Source of the DNA: Bdellovibrionales bacterium
Lineage (GTDB): Bacteria; Bdellovibrionota; Bdellovibrionia; Bdellovibrionales; UBA1609
DNA length: 64,000 bases
Assembly (NCBI GenBank): GCA_965219095.1
Contig: CBDCMT010000001.1
Span: 928,001 to 992,000 of the forward strand
Direction of reading: 5' to 3'
The position numbers were made by a program, and so were the translations under genes. Below the pieces are notes generated by a model, which was not told the origin of the DNA, did not search any database, and was given only the letters and a program-made list of their open reading frames with translations. Of the stretch, positions 9,587 through 20,084 are shown in pieces (the first letter of the stretch is position 1; each line of letters opens with the position of its first letter).

Positions 9587-10392
9587 AACACAGGTTTCTT
9601 AATTTTAACTTCTTCAGAGGGTTCAGATTTTGGTCTTAGAATTGTGTTGTCGGGAATGTTGGTGCCTTCCTTTAAAAGGGTATGAGGTGGAATGATACAA
9701 TTAGTACCAATATTTACATTATTTTCAATAACCACATAAGAAGAAATACAGGACATAGCTCCTATGAAAACATGATCTTTAATTTCAACCGATTTAGAAA
9801 TAGAAACATCAGCTTGGATGAAAACATGGTTTCCAATATTTGTTCCTGGGCCTACCTTGCTGAGCCCTCCTAAAACAGTAAAATCTCCTATGCGAATGGT
9901 TCCTGTTTTTAAAACTCCATTTTTAGGAACAAGAGAACTTGCAAGAATTGTTTTTTCACCTAAAACAGATTTTTTACCTAAGTAAAGAAGGTTAGGATCC
10001 ATAATTTGAGAGTTTGTTGAAATGTGAGCTGTTCTATGTACATAAGCTCCTAAAGCTCTAAGAATAAAAATTTGAAGAAAGGAGTTTAAAAAAAGAATGG
10101 GTTGAAAAAGGGTTAAATAAAATTGAGAAGAAACTCTTCTTAAAGTCCAAAAAATATACTCTTTATTACTGGCATCAAAAAGAGAGTATTTACCAGGTTT
10201 TAAGGGAGGAAGAAACCAACTTAACAAAGAAAAAGGAATGAGCATAAAGAAAGGAATAAAAATACAAGAAAGGGGTATAGACCAGAAAAGATGATAACCT
10301 GAAGTCAAAAAAAAAGCCGAAAGAACAGGCAGAAGAGCAAAAAAAGAGGCTATAAAGAACCCAAAGAAAAAAATGATATTAAGGAGCAACAT
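9577..10392 (-). CDS. Membrane-anchored hexapeptide-repeat (LbH) acyltransferase-like protein
   Basis: Two N-terminal TM segments, LRALGAYV, repeated I-G-x-x-V-x hexapeptides. Confidence 0.75.
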   Translation of the reverse strand: MLLLNIIFFFGFFIASFFALLPVLSAFFLTSGYHLFWSIPLSCIFIPFFMLIPFSLLSWFLPPLKPGKYSLFDASNKEYIFWTLRRVSSQFYLTLFQPILFLNSFLQIFILRALGAYVHRTAHISTNSQIMDPNLLYLGKKSVLGEKTILASSLVPKNGVLKTGTIRIGDFTVLGGLSKVGPGTNIGNHVFIQADVSISKSVEIKDHVFIGAMSCISSYVVIENNVNIGTNCIIPPHTLLKEGTNIPDNTILRPKSEPSEEVKIKKPVLWT

Positions 10393-10506
10393 ATTATTAT
10401 TCTGGTGCTTCGTAAAGCTTATGTCAAACTTTCATACCAGACCTAAGCCTTATATAATAAAGACGTTTTCAAGAAAGAACGATACTCTATAAAAAGTTAG
10501 AAAATC

Positions 10507-11529
10507 TTAATTTCTTGAAATCTTTGTTCTAAAATTTTTTTCTTTTTGATAAGCCACATTAGAATCGCAGTAGTTGTTAAAGTAAAATTCAAGAAGCTCA
10601 GGCTCAATATAAATGGCTGTGTTTTTAAAAGATTCCTTTCTTTCATATTCAGAAGAGTAAATGATCTCACCTGCCTCTGCTCTGTCTCGAACTTCATCAC
10701 TAGCAACTACGAGTCTTTCTCCTTGATAAACAAAAAAAGCTCTTTTATTATGACACTTAAGATTTATAAAAGACCCTGACATACCAAGTAAGAGAGGACA
10801 TCTATGGCCTAATTTTCTTTTGATCACTCCTTCATTTCTTCGTATTTTCATCCAACTAAGATTGTGGCAAGTATGGCTTTGTATGTAATCTTTTCTAGTT
10901 TTAGGTTCATTTTTTTTCATCTTTTTTAAATGAGGTTTTGTTAAAACTGAAGTAATTCTTGCTTGAAGATAGGGGTCTTTAAAGCAGGAATCTAAGTCTT
11001 CTTTGTTTGCTACCTTGTCTATATCGATCTCAAAAACAGGGATATTGCCTTTTTTGCGGTATCGTATCGGCATAGGAATCAGGGCTTGATCCACTCCTGA
11101 ATGATGAAATTCATCCTCCAGAACATAATCAGGACTCACAAGACAGTTGTGAGGCTTAAGACATTTTTCTTGAAGAGAGGAGATCTTCTTTCTTGGAATA
11201 CGAAAAGTACCTTTATAATTAATAATCCTAATGAGCTTAAAATCCTTTTCAGGTGCCACACAATGACCTGCTGTAAGAAGAAGAGGGTCTTTACACTTTT
11301 TTTCTCCTCTTTTAAGTCTTATCACAAGTCCTGAACAAGTGCCTGCTCCTATCACTCTTACAGTAGCCTTTCTGATGTTTTCATCAACAGGGGTGTTGAA
11401 AAAATGACAGGGCGGGTGAGGACAAAAAAGAGTTACTATGGGATTAAGTTTTGAGAAGGGATTTTCTTCATCACAAGCCTCTAAGAGGATGGGAAGAAAG
11501 ATAAGAAAAAAAAGAATCAAAAACCTCAT
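10507..11529 (-). CDS. Secreted trypsin-like serine protease
   Basis: Signal peptide; CSG, LLTAGHC (His), DQALI (Asp), GMSGS (Ser). Confidence 0.75.
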   Translation of the reverse strand: MRFLILFFLIFLPILLEACDEENPFSKLNPIVTLFCPHPPCHFFNTPVDENIRKATVRVIGAGTCSGLVIRLKRGEKKCKDPLLLTAGHCVAPEKDFKLIRIINYKGTFRIPRKKISSLQEKCLKPHNCLVSPDYVLEDEFHHSGVDQALIPMPIRYRKKGNIPVFEIDIDKVANKEDLDSCFKDPYLQARITSVLTKPHLKKMKKNEPKTRKDYIQSHTCHNLSWMKIRRNEGVIKRKLGHRCPLLLGMSGSFINLKCHNKRAFFVYQGERLVVASDEVRDRAEAGEIIYSSEYERKESFKNTAIYIEPELLEFYFNNYCDSNVAYQKEKNFRTKISRN

Positions 11530-11577
11530 ACTTAAGTTCTATTTTAACATGTAAAGAGGGCTAAAAATAAAGATTTT

Positions 11578-13092
11578 TTAATGCTCATACTTACAATCAA
11601 AAAGTTGGCCTTTCAGACAGATAGTTCTTAAAACTTCATTGTTTTTTTCAATTAAGTCTATGTAGTAGGGAAGGTAATCGATCTTGCTCTTTGTTTGAGT
11701 TGCACTTCCTGAAAGGCCTCTGTCTTTATTCAATAAGGATCTAAGTTCCTCAGCTAAGTTTTTTTTCTTATCTCTTTTAAAGGAGGTGGTTTTTTTGATT
11801 TGAGAAGGAGGAATTTTAAAGCCTATGTAATTTTTACGAAATTCTGCTTGTTTATTAAAGCCCTTTCCTAAAACCCTGCTCTCTTCTTCTGAAAGATAGG
11901 AGTTTTGTTTTGTTTCAGGTGAGGTAGGTTTTGAGAAGGGCTGGGAGTTAAGAAGAGATCCGCTACTGTGGGCTTTTCCTTTGTTAAGGCCTGTGAGTGA
12001 GTTTTGAGAGGCTTTAGGTTGTAGATTTTTATCATTAGGTAAAGAAAGAAGAGGGGAATCATAATCATAGGAAGACTTATGCTGAATATTTTTTACTCTT
12101 CTAGCTGTATCTGGAGGAAGAAGGCTAAAAGAGGGCTTTGGGTATTTTTTACCTTTGTGTCGAGCTTGATTTAACAAACCTTTAGATAAAGTAAGAGCAC
12201 AGGCTATGTTTTTTGCAGAACTCTGATGGCTTGATTTTTCTTGCTTCACCAGTTTGTTTCGGGAAACTTCGTTATTGGCACATTCCGATAAATACTCCGT
12301 ATCAACATTACCACAAACCTTTTGACACTCATTGATAGCTCTTGTGCAAGCTGTATGGTGTGAGTTTGTATCGTATCTTAGAACAGCAGAGTTCACAGCC
12401 CCTTGAGAGCAGGAAGCTAGAGTGCCCATGGTGCCTGCAGCAGAAAGAGCAGGGTCTTTGGAGAAGGTAAGCAACATAGCACCTAAGCTTCCTAGAGTGG
12501 GCATGATTTTAACTTCTGTGGCTTGGTTGAGAGCTTGAGTGAACTCTTCTCCGCATTGAGCATCGGAAGAACAGCAGTTTTGAGTTTCTGTGATCTTTTG
12601 TTGGCAGAGTTGTTGAGTGGTTGCCATTTTTTCGGTGTTTTCTATACAAACACCATCAGTAAGTGTTTGGTTTTCATCATCACAAACGCAAACCCCTTCT
12701 TTGCGTGAAGAATTTTCAGGACAAGAAAGAAAACAACTAATAGTCCCGTTATCAAAGTCGTCAGAACAAGCTTTATAACAACAATTACCTCTTTTTTTGT
12801 ACCCTTCTTTACAAACAGATCCGCTTGAATCAGGTTTCGAAAATATCAAAACACCGTTAGGGTCATGATGATAACCTGGACTACTGGGATCATTCATGCA
12901 CCTTGATATTACCATATTAAATCTTTCTCCCTCAGGACAGAAGTAGCATCCACTTTTTCCAAAACTTTCTTGAACTAAAAAAATACCCAAAAGAAAAAGA
13001 AGAAAACTTAAAATATTTATGAAAAAGTGCTGTTTTCTCTTTACTCTTCTATTTTTTGAAAAAATTCTATTATAAAACAAAATGAAGTTCAT
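11578..13092 (-). CDS. Cys-rich exported hypothetical protein
   Basis: Hydrophobic leader, Cys-rich N-terminal half, low-complexity S/K-rich C-terminal half. Confidence 0.65.
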   Translation of the reverse strand: MNFILFYNRIFSKNRRVKRKQHFFINILSFLLFLLGIFLVQESFGKSGCYFCPEGERFNMVISRCMNDPSSPGYHHDPNGVLIFSKPDSSGSVCKEGYKKRGNCCYKACSDDFDNGTISCFLSCPENSSRKEGVCVCDDENQTLTDGVCIENTEKMATTQQLCQQKITETQNCCSSDAQCGEEFTQALNQATEVKIMPTLGSLGAMLLTFSKDPALSAAGTMGTLASCSQGAVNSAVLRYDTNSHHTACTRAINECQKVCGNVDTEYLSECANNEVSRNKLVKQEKSSHQSSAKNIACALTLSKGLLNQARHKGKKYPKPSFSLLPPDTARRVKNIQHKSSYDYDSPLLSLPNDKNLQPKASQNSLTGLNKGKAHSSGSLLNSQPFSKPTSPETKQNSYLSEEESRVLGKGFNKQAEFRKNYIGFKIPPSQIKKTTSFKRDKKKNLAEELRSLLNKDRGLSGSATQTKSKIDYLPYYIDLIEKNNEVLRTICLKGQLFDCKYEH

Positions 13093-13098
13093 ATAGTT

Positions 13099-13125
13099 TT
13101 TTCGACAAAAGTCTATAAAAACTTA
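13099..13125 (-). promoter_or_regulatory. Candidate sigma28 (FliA) promoter TAAG-N15-GTCGAAAA
   Basis: Matches TAAA-N15-GCCGATAA spacing at the 5' end of the Cys-rich gene. Confidence 0.5.
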
Positions 13126-13311
13126 AATGAAAGTGTTTCATTTTGATACAAAAAGACCCTCAAGATGACCTTGCTTTTTCGTAACTCGGTTATCTGACCG
13201 CCCTATCCAAGCTTAAATTTCTCTTATAAGTTTTTCTTAGAGGGAGGATTTTATGGAAGAAGGGATTAATTTCTGTAATTGGTATTATCTCAATTTTTCA
13301 TAAAAGACTCA

Positions 13312-13652
13312 GTACGTAACCCGAGTTTCGACTTTTTTCAGGACTAAAGGCTAGCTGATATAAACAAACATCAAATTAAATATAGAAAATAAATTGATTC
13401 CCTTAATTGATTCCCTTATTTGACAAGTTGATGTTGAAAAAACGTTCTGTTGTGGAGGTCAGTGATTGGAGTGTTAAAAGGAGAGTTTCATCTTGAGCAT
13501 TTCGCCATCGTAGCCCACAAAACTTTGTCATCAATCTTTTAGGTACTCTCATCTCGTACTTACTTAAAACCTAAAAAACCCTCCATTCAACTTAGAACTC
13601 AAGAACAGAGGCCTCTGAAAAATATATAAAAGTCAAAACTCGGGTTATGTAC
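13312..13652 (+). mobile_element. Internally deleted IS982-family element
   Basis: About 25-bp IRs GTACGTAACCCGAGTTTCGACTTTT / AAAAGTCAAAACTCGGGTTATGTAC; frameshifted C-terminus KRSVVE...RHRSPQNFVINLLGTLISY..KPKKPSI. Confidence 0.8.
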
Positions 13653-13936
13653 GTGGATTTTTTGCGGTTGGGTAGAGCGGAAAATCTATGCACCACTTTT
13701 TGAGCTGAAAAAAGAACAGTTTAGAAAGTTTAAGGCTTCTAAACAAAGGAAAACTGAACATGACGTATTTTTTTATTAAAGAGTTTAACAAAAATGTTCG
13801 GATGCCATGCGTTAACAATGTCGAGTTAATTTATTTTTGGATTTGGATTTTTTTAATGCTTTTTTCAATTGTTTTAAAAGTTGTGTTTTATGTGAATTTA
13901 ATGTAAAAAATTCATGTCTAGATAGGTAAGGAGAAC

Positions 13937-14554
13937 GTGAATATGAGATCTATTTTTATTTATTTTTTGTTTTTATTTATGGTTCCTTTTTCCGTTCACG
14001 GTATAAAAGTAGGTACGTATTTCGTTGGCTTTGATTGGGTAAACTTTCATGAAGTGGATAAAAACCAACTCTATCGAGCAGCCCAAATGGATCCAAAGAT
14101 ATTGCAGGAGACTATAGAAGACTATGGCATTCAGACGGTAATAAATTTAAGAGGAGCAAAAGAACATAAGAAATGGTACCGAAAAGAGGTGCAAGTAGTG
14201 GAGGATACGGGTGTTGAGTATATTAGCATTAGAATGAGGGCAGGGACTCTTCCTAGAAAGGAAAACTTGGTGGAGCTTTTAGATGCATATAGGAGTGCTC
14301 CTAAGCCTATTTTAATTCACTGTGAGTCGGGAGCAGATAGAACAGGAGAAGCTGCAGCTCTTTACCAGATAGAACATATGAATATTAGCAAAAAAAAAGC
14401 TTCTAAGAAGTCCCTTTCTATGTACTATGCTCATATTGCTTTCCTTTGGCCAGCAAAAAAGTATTTTGTGGAAGAAGTGTATCAGGACTATAGGTGGGCT
14501 GTCGAAGAATATGATCCTTGTGCATACTCTTTTGCTCCTAGTAGTTGTGAGTGA
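13937..14554 (+). CDS. Exported protein-tyrosine/dual-specificity phosphatase family protein
   Basis: Signal peptide, LYRAAQ, VINLRG, P-loop HCESGADRTG. Confidence 0.88.
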   Translation: MNMRSIFIYFLFLFMVPFSVHGIKVGTYFVGFDWVNFHEVDKNQLYRAAQMDPKILQETIEDYGIQTVINLRGAKEHKKWYRKEVQVVEDTGVEYISIRMRAGTLPRKENLVELLDAYRSAPKPILIHCESGADRTGEAAALYQIEHMNISKKKASKKSLSMYYAHIAFLWPAKKYFVEEVYQDYRWAVEEYDPCAYSFAPSSCE

Positions 14555-14581
14555 AAACCTGTGAGCCTGTAAAGAATCGTT

Positions 14582-15373
14582 TTAAACTGATCTTTTTTCT
14601 AAAACTTCTTCTTGTTTGAAAAAAGATTTTAATCGTACTCTAAGCTTCTGAATGGCTTGAGCATGAAGCTGTGACACACGACTTTCTGTAACTCTTAAGA
14701 CTTGTCCAATTTCTTTTAATCTTAGTTCTTCGTAGTAATACAGAACTAAGACAAGCCTTTGTCTTTCAGGAAGTTCATTGAGTACTCTTGTAAGAATTCT
14801 TTGCAAAGCTGTCATATCAAGAGATAGATGAGGGTTACTCATCTTACAAACTTCTAAAATGCTCATAAGAGACTTTTTATCCACGTTGCTGTAGGTTGAA
14901 GGTTCATCAATTGATAAAATACTGATCGGCCTAACTGCATTAACTAGTTCGTAATACTGATCAAGACTTAAGTTCATATAATCAGCAATTTCTTGATCAG
15001 TAACATATCTTCCTTTTTCCATTTCTAAATCAGAAACAGTTTTATCTAAGTGCTTAGCTTTATCTCTCAAAGAACGAGGAACCCAGTCCTTAGATCTTAA
15101 TTCATCTAAAATTGCTCCACGAATACGAAACTCAGCATAGGTTTTAAACTTGTTTTTTCTTTCAGGATCGTATTTTTTCACAGCATCCATAAGCCCTATA
15201 ATACCACTGGAAATAAGATCATCGAGTTCAATGTTAGATGGCAATCTTAAAGCGATCTTTTGAGCCACAAACCTTACAATAGGTGCATACTCTAAGATAA
15301 TGTCTTCTAGATCCTTGTCTGTAAGCTCTTTATTCTCCTTGAGTTTTTTCTCTAAAAGATCTCTTTTTGACAC
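14582..15373 (-). CDS. fliA: RNA polymerase sigma-28 factor
   Basis: DDLISSGIIGL, FKTYAEFRIRGAILDELRSKDWVPRS, LKEIGQVLRVTESRVSQLH. Confidence 0.96.
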   Translation of the reverse strand: MSKRDLLEKKLKENKELTDKDLEDIILEYAPIVRFVAQKIALRLPSNIELDDLISSGIIGLMDAVKKYDPERKNKFKTYAEFRIRGAILDELRSKDWVPRSLRDKAKHLDKTVSDLEMEKGRYVTDQEIADYMNLSLDQYYELVNAVRPISILSIDEPSTYSNVDKKSLMSILEVCKMSNPHLSLDMTALQRILTRVLNELPERQRLVLVLYYYEELRLKEIGQVLRVTESRVSQLHAQAIQKLRVRLKSFFKQEEVLEKRSV

Positions 15374-15520
15374 AACTCCCCCCCTTTCTATAAGTTTAAA
15401 AAGAAATTTATAAAATTAAAAGTCCTGAACAAGGCTAGAATCTATCTAGACAACAGCCTAGAAGCTATAACCTACTTAATATATGTCATTTTTTTAATTT
15501 TTAAGATTTTTTTGTGTTTT

Positions 15521-16672
15521 TTAAAGCATCTCATTATGAGACACTTTTGGGCTTTTAGATAAAAAGTTATTTTTAAAATCTGCGAATTCAAAAATCAAAC
15601 TGACAAGCCTTTCTTTTTGAGCTTTTTCAAAGCTATGGGGAATTTCAGGGCCTGAACTAAAGGAATGAAGGGGGCTTTGAAAGTATCTTTGAAAGTTGAA
15701 CATCATACCATAGTTATGCACTTGATCTAGATAAGAAAAGATCACATCATCAAAGCAAAAAAGAGCTTTATAGCGACCAGCTGTCTTGAAGCCTTGTTCT
15801 TCCTTTTCTTTTAAAGACTGAACAAAATGTACAGTGTATCTTATATTTTCAGGGGGAAGAAGACGCTTTAAGGAGCAATAAGCTAACTCATCTTCTAAAT
15901 CATAACTGGGACAATCCGTTAAAATGCAATCAAAATGCTTGAGCTTTTCATAAGCCTTATACCAATCTGAGGGCTTGCGAATCACTCCAAAGGGAACTTC
16001 TAGAGCTTGAGCATGGCGTTTTAATTGTTCAGTATTCTCTTCACATAAAGACAAAATCCCTATTTTCTTTCTTTGTTTTTTAAGTGCATAAGCATATTTA
16101 ATTAAGCAAGTAGTTTTTCCGCTTTTTTCACCTCCAACAAAGCACTGAAAAAGGTTTTTGTCAGAATTTGCTATCTCTATTTGACTCATAATATACTTAC
16201 AGACTTGAGCTTTCACTAAAGATATATTTCTTAAAAGATGTCTTGGCGTTGTCGCTTCAACAGATTTGACAATTTCAAAAGAGTACTCTGGACGAATGCC
16301 AGAGCAAATCATCTGTTTAAAAATTTTTTCAACCAACCTTGAAGGATCGTAATTAGAGTCATTTTTCTGAATATGATAGTTTTTTAAATGAGACTTTAAA
16401 ATAGAAAGCTCTTTTTGTAGCTTCAAAAAACCCTGTTTTTCTTCTTTTTGTTTTTCCTGCTCCATAAGATAATTATAAGAAAGTGCTTGTGGGGAGGTTT
16501 TTAGAGCCTTTTTATGATCCACAGCAGTGACTTCAACGCTTCTCTCCCCTGCTAAACCAAAAGTTTTTTTGTATTCTTTTATAGAAAGTACAATAGCCTC
16601 ACTTCCCATTTCTTTTTTTACAAGGCAAAGTGCATCCTTTAAACTCTTTGCTTCAAATTTTCGAATCTTCAT
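15521..16672 (-). CDS. flhF: FlhF-like SRP GTPase with degenerate G-motifs
   Basis: N-terminal MKIRKFEAKSLKDAL..VKKEMGSEAIVLS and synteny; G1 GGEKSGKTT, G3 DCPS, G4 SYLD. Confidence 0.85.
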   Translation of the reverse strand: MKIRKFEAKSLKDALCLVKKEMGSEAIVLSIKEYKKTFGLAGERSVEVTAVDHKKALKTSPQALSYNYLMEQEKQKEEKQGFLKLQKELSILKSHLKNYHIQKNDSNYDPSRLVEKIFKQMICSGIRPEYSFEIVKSVEATTPRHLLRNISLVKAQVCKYIMSQIEIANSDKNLFQCFVGGEKSGKTTCLIKYAYALKKQRKKIGILSLCEENTEQLKRHAQALEVPFGVIRKPSDWYKAYEKLKHFDCILTDCPSYDLEDELAYCSLKRLLPPENIRYTVHFVQSLKEKEEQGFKTAGRYKALFCFDDVIFSYLDQVHNYGMMFNFQRYFQSPLHSFSSGPEIPHSFEKAQKERLVSLIFEFADFKNNFLSKSPKVSHNEML

Positions 16673-18431
16673 CTTGTTTTAGCTTTTGAGAACTCCTCTT
16701 TATTCTTTCTTTAACATTTTTTAAAAGCTCTTCTTGATTTGAAGAAAACTCTATTTCCTCAGAAATAATTTCAAAAATCATAAAAGCTTCTCTAATAGAG
16801 CCTTCCTCTTCCAATAAAGTTTTTAAAATATAAAAAAGCTGTGTCATAGAAATTTTTTCAGGAATCAATTCAGAACACATATAAGGCTGATCTATCTTGA
16901 TTCTTTCAAACCATTTTTTAGCCTCTAAACGAGTAAAAAGCAAAGCCGCATGGGTCTGCAAAACATGTTTTATGCGATAAGACAGCACTTGTTCAGGTTG
17001 AAAAACACGACATCCTTGAAGGGATGCTTTTTTTTCATCATCTTTAGAAATCCAATAGCTGGGAAGCCCCCAAATAGGTTCACTTGATTCAAAGCCGCAA
17101 AAAAACTCCAAATGCCTCTCATCCTCTATTAGAACAAGAAGTCTTCTTACAGGAATTCTTTCTTCGTAAATTACTTTTCCTTTGATAAAAAGTCTTACTT
17201 CTCCTGTTTTTAAATCCAAATTATCTCTTATTTGAATAAAAGGAATTTTATACCCCATGGAACGGCACAATTCTTTGCGCACACGAGAGAGTTCATGTAA
17301 AAAAGAAGATAGACAAGGAGTCCAATCATACGACATCTGTATTTCTAAAGGACTTGTGCTAATAAGCAAATGATCTTGTTTTTCACTTTGTAAAAAAGTA
17401 GATGAAGATTTTTTTTCTAATTGTTTTATAGATCTTAAGAGAAAGGGGGGCTTTCTTATTTCCGAAACCTCACTTTCTTTCTTAAAAGATGAGAGATAGG
17501 CTATAAGAAATAAACTGACAGAGGTTGTCATAAACAGAAAAACCGGAACTCCTGGTAAAAGACCTATGAACATCAAAATAAAGGCTACAGAATAAATAGT
17601 TTTAGATTGAAAAAGCTCTTTACTTAAAGTTTTAAGCAAGGTCTGAGAGCGACGACTTCCTGTAATTAGGATACCTGCTGAAATGGAAATTAAAACAGCC
17701 GGTATCTGATTGGCCAAACCGTCTCCTATAGTCAACATAGTGTAATGATTTGAAGACTCAGAGAAACTCAAGCCTTTTTGAAAAACACCAATAACAATAC
17801 CTCCTACAAGATTTAGAGCCATAATACAGAGGCTTGCTATAGCATCTCCCCTCAAAAATTTACTAGCACCATCCATAGCTCCATAAAAATCAGATTCTCT
17901 TTCAAGATTTTCTCTTTTCTTCTGTGCTTGTTCTTCTGTAAGATGGCCTGCTTTAAGTTCTGATTCAATAGACATTTGTTTTCCTGGTAAAGCATCAAGT
18001 GTAAAACGAGCTACAACCTCTGCAACTCTCTGAGATCCATTAGAAATCACAATAAAATTTACAAGAACAAGGGTTAGAAAAATCACAAAACCAATGACAA
18101 TATTATTATCACTCACAAGATAACCAAAAAAAGAAATAATTGATCCCACAGCTTCTGTTCCATAATGGCCTTCTGTGAGAATCTTCCGTGTCGAAGCCAC
18201 ATTCAAACAAAGTCTAAAAAAAGTTGTCAAAAGCAATAGCACAGGAAAGACGCTAAAATGAGAAAAATTTTCTGATTTGACCGTCACAATAAGAACGAAC
18301 AAAGAAAAAGTCAAAGACATCATTAGGCCTATGTCTAAGGCTAAAGAGGAAACGGGAAATAGCATAAAGAATAAAGAACTTATGAAAAGGCCTATCATAA
18401 ACATCTCTAAGAACTGAAATCTTTTGATCAT
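16653..18431 (-). CDS. flhA: Flagellar export protein FlhA, C-terminally shortened (592 aa)
   Basis: FRLCLNVASTR, RVAEVVARFTLDALPGKQMSI, FYGAMDGASKF, LTIGDGL, IRDNLDL. Confidence 0.93.
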   Translation of the reverse strand: MIKRFQFLEMFMIGLFISSLFFMLFPVSSLALDIGLMMSLTFSLFVLIVTVKSENFSHFSVFPVLLLLTTFFRLCLNVASTRKILTEGHYGTEAVGSIISFFGYLVSDNNIVIGFVIFLTLVLVNFIVISNGSQRVAEVVARFTLDALPGKQMSIESELKAGHLTEEQAQKKRENLERESDFYGAMDGASKFLRGDAIASLCIMALNLVGGIVIGVFQKGLSFSESSNHYTMLTIGDGLANQIPAVLISISAGILITGSRRSQTLLKTLSKELFQSKTIYSVAFILMFIGLLPGVPVFLFMTTSVSLFLIAYLSSFKKESEVSEIRKPPFLLRSIKQLEKKSSSTFLQSEKQDHLLISTSPLEIQMSYDWTPCLSSFLHELSRVRKELCRSMGYKIPFIQIRDNLDLKTGEVRLFIKGKVIYEERIPVRRLLVLIEDERHLEFFCGFESSEPIWGLPSYWISKDDEKKASLQGCRVFQPEQVLSYRIKHVLQTHAALLFTRLEAKKWFERIKIDQPYMCSELIPEKISMTQLFYILKTLLEEEGSIREAFMIFEIISEEIEFSSNQEELLKNVKERIKRSSQKLKQDEDSKI

Positions 18432-19087
18432 TTTCTATTCCTCATTTTGTTTTTTATGAAACTCCACCGACCAGCTTCTTTCATTTCCCTTCTAGCTTCG
18501 TAATAAGAGACAAGGAGATCTTTTTGATACTCATAGTAGGAACAAATCTGATCTAAGGCAGATGATAGAAAAGACATTCCTAAGAAGAAAATTAGAATAT
18601 AAAAGATAGATGTTTTTACAAAAGTAATTTGATCTTCTATAGAAGAGGTTGCAAAAAGTCCAAGCTCTAAAGAAAGCAAATAATTTATAAGAATGACAAC
18701 TAAAATCATGAAAAGGATCCACTGAAAGAGAAGAGAGATAAGCTTTTCTTTGTTTTCTAATTTCAACTTTATAGGCTTAAAAAAACTTTTCTTAAAATGA
18801 AAACCTTTAGTAAAATGCTGGAAAAGAAAATGCATAACCCAAAAACTTACAAAGGGACTTAAGATTAACAAAAGATCCGAAAAACTTATGAATAACATTT
18901 TATTCCAAGACCTAGGATCTATAGATTGTTTTAAAATTTCGATAATTTTTGAAAAATAAATATCAGAAAACTTCATAAAAAAAATAAGCAAAAGAAAGCT
19001 AAAAACAGTTGACCAAGAACGAGAAAAAAGCTCTCTTTTTTCTTCTTTAAATTGCTTTTCCTTTAAAAAACTTTTATACTGTTTCAT
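18428..19087 (-). CDS. flhB: FlhB membrane domain only (no NPTH/cytoplasmic domain)
   Basis: Between fliR and flhA; TM segments; ends at the D....Y...L....E.R.E.KE linker; stop overlaps the flhA start. Confidence 0.75.
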   Translation of the reverse strand: MKQYKSFLKEKQFKEEKRELFSRSWSTVFSFLLLIFFMKFSDIYFSKIIEILKQSIDPRSWNKMLFISFSDLLLILSPFVSFWVMHFLFQHFTKGFHFKKSFFKPIKLKLENKEKLISLLFQWILFMILVVILINYLLSLELGLFATSSIEDQITFVKTSIFYILIFFLGMSFLSSALDQICSYYEYQKDLLVSYYEARREMKEAGRWSFIKNKMRNRK

Positions 19088-19088
19088 A

Positions 19089-19805
19089 TCACACTACCTT
19101 CATCCAATAGAACATTCTCTCTAAAGAAAATTGGATTAAGCTATTTACAAAGTCTGATAAAAAAGGAAGGTAAGTTAAGAAGATAAAGAGAAAAGCTCCA
19201 AAAGCAAGCATTGTATCAGAAAGAAAAGTTCTCAAATAAGGAGACCATCGGTAAGTCAACAAAGTTAAAACTCTAAGAAGGAAAATACATATGACAAAAG
19301 GCAGGGACAGTCTCAATCCTATCTCCACAATTTGCTGAAAAAATAAAGACCAACTAAAACCATCAAAGTGAATCCAGTCATTTGATATAGGTAAAAGTTC
19401 GAAACTTTTCAAAAGAGCTGAAACAAAAGCATAATGTCCGTTTAAGCAGAAAAACAAAACTGTGATCAAAATAATTTGAAAATCGGAAAAAATATCCTCT
19501 CCTTCTATTTGATGGTGAAAAAAGGTAGCCTGAATCAAATTTCCTGAAATATGAGAAGCTACAAAAAAAATACGACTTAAAAACCCTAGAGAAAAGCCAA
19601 TAAAAATCTCTTTAAAGCCTATCCAAAAAAGACCTGTTTTTGGCAAGTGAGGTGTTTCCTGAATCAAAAGAGGGAACAACATAATCGAAAGACCAAAAGC
19701 TAATGTAAATTTAATAAAAAAAGATACCCTGATTTTATCAAAAACAGGCCAAATCATAAGAAACGTCAACATACGCAATGAAATGAAAAAAAAGGACTCC
19801 ATCAC
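19089..19805 (-). CDS. fliR: Flagellar export gate FliR
   Basis: KEIFIGFSLG, LFFCLNGHY..V.AL.KSF.LLP, LRLSLP; synteny. Confidence 0.88.
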   Translation of the reverse strand: MMESFFFISLRMLTFLMIWPVFDKIRVSFFIKFTLAFGLSIMLFPLLIQETPHLPKTGLFWIGFKEIFIGFSLGFLSRIFFVASHISGNLIQATFFHHQIEGEDIFSDFQIILITVLFFCLNGHYAFVSALLKSFELLPISNDWIHFDGFSWSLFFQQIVEIGLRLSLPFVICIFLLRVLTLLTYRWSPYLRTFLSDTMLAFGAFLFIFLTYLPFLSDFVNSLIQFSLERMFYWMKVV

Positions 19806-20077
19806 AGGGGAACTCCTTTGAGTGAAGGAATTATATGAAATATCTCCTTTGTAAATTCTAGAATCATATCAAACATCCAAGGGCTTAGAACTATAAGGAC
19901 TATAGAAAGAACGATAACTTTGGGTACAAAGCTTAAACTTGCTTCTTGGACCTGGGTCATGGCTTGGAAAAAACCTAAAAGTAAACCTACAGCTAAAGAT
20001 GTTACTAGTAAAGGAGAAGCTAACATAGCTGTCACTTTAAAAGCCTCTTGAGTTAAATTCAACATAATATCTTCCAT
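19802..20077 (-). CDS. fliQ: Flagellar export gate FliQ
   Basis: GLLLGFFQAMTQVQEASLSFVPK. Confidence 0.95.
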   Translation of the reverse strand: MEDIMLNLTQEAFKVTAMLASPLLVTSLAVGLLLGFFQAMTQVQEASLSFVPKVIVLSIVLIVLSPWMFDMILEFTKEIFHIIPSLKGVPL

Positions 20078-20084
20078 AAAACCT

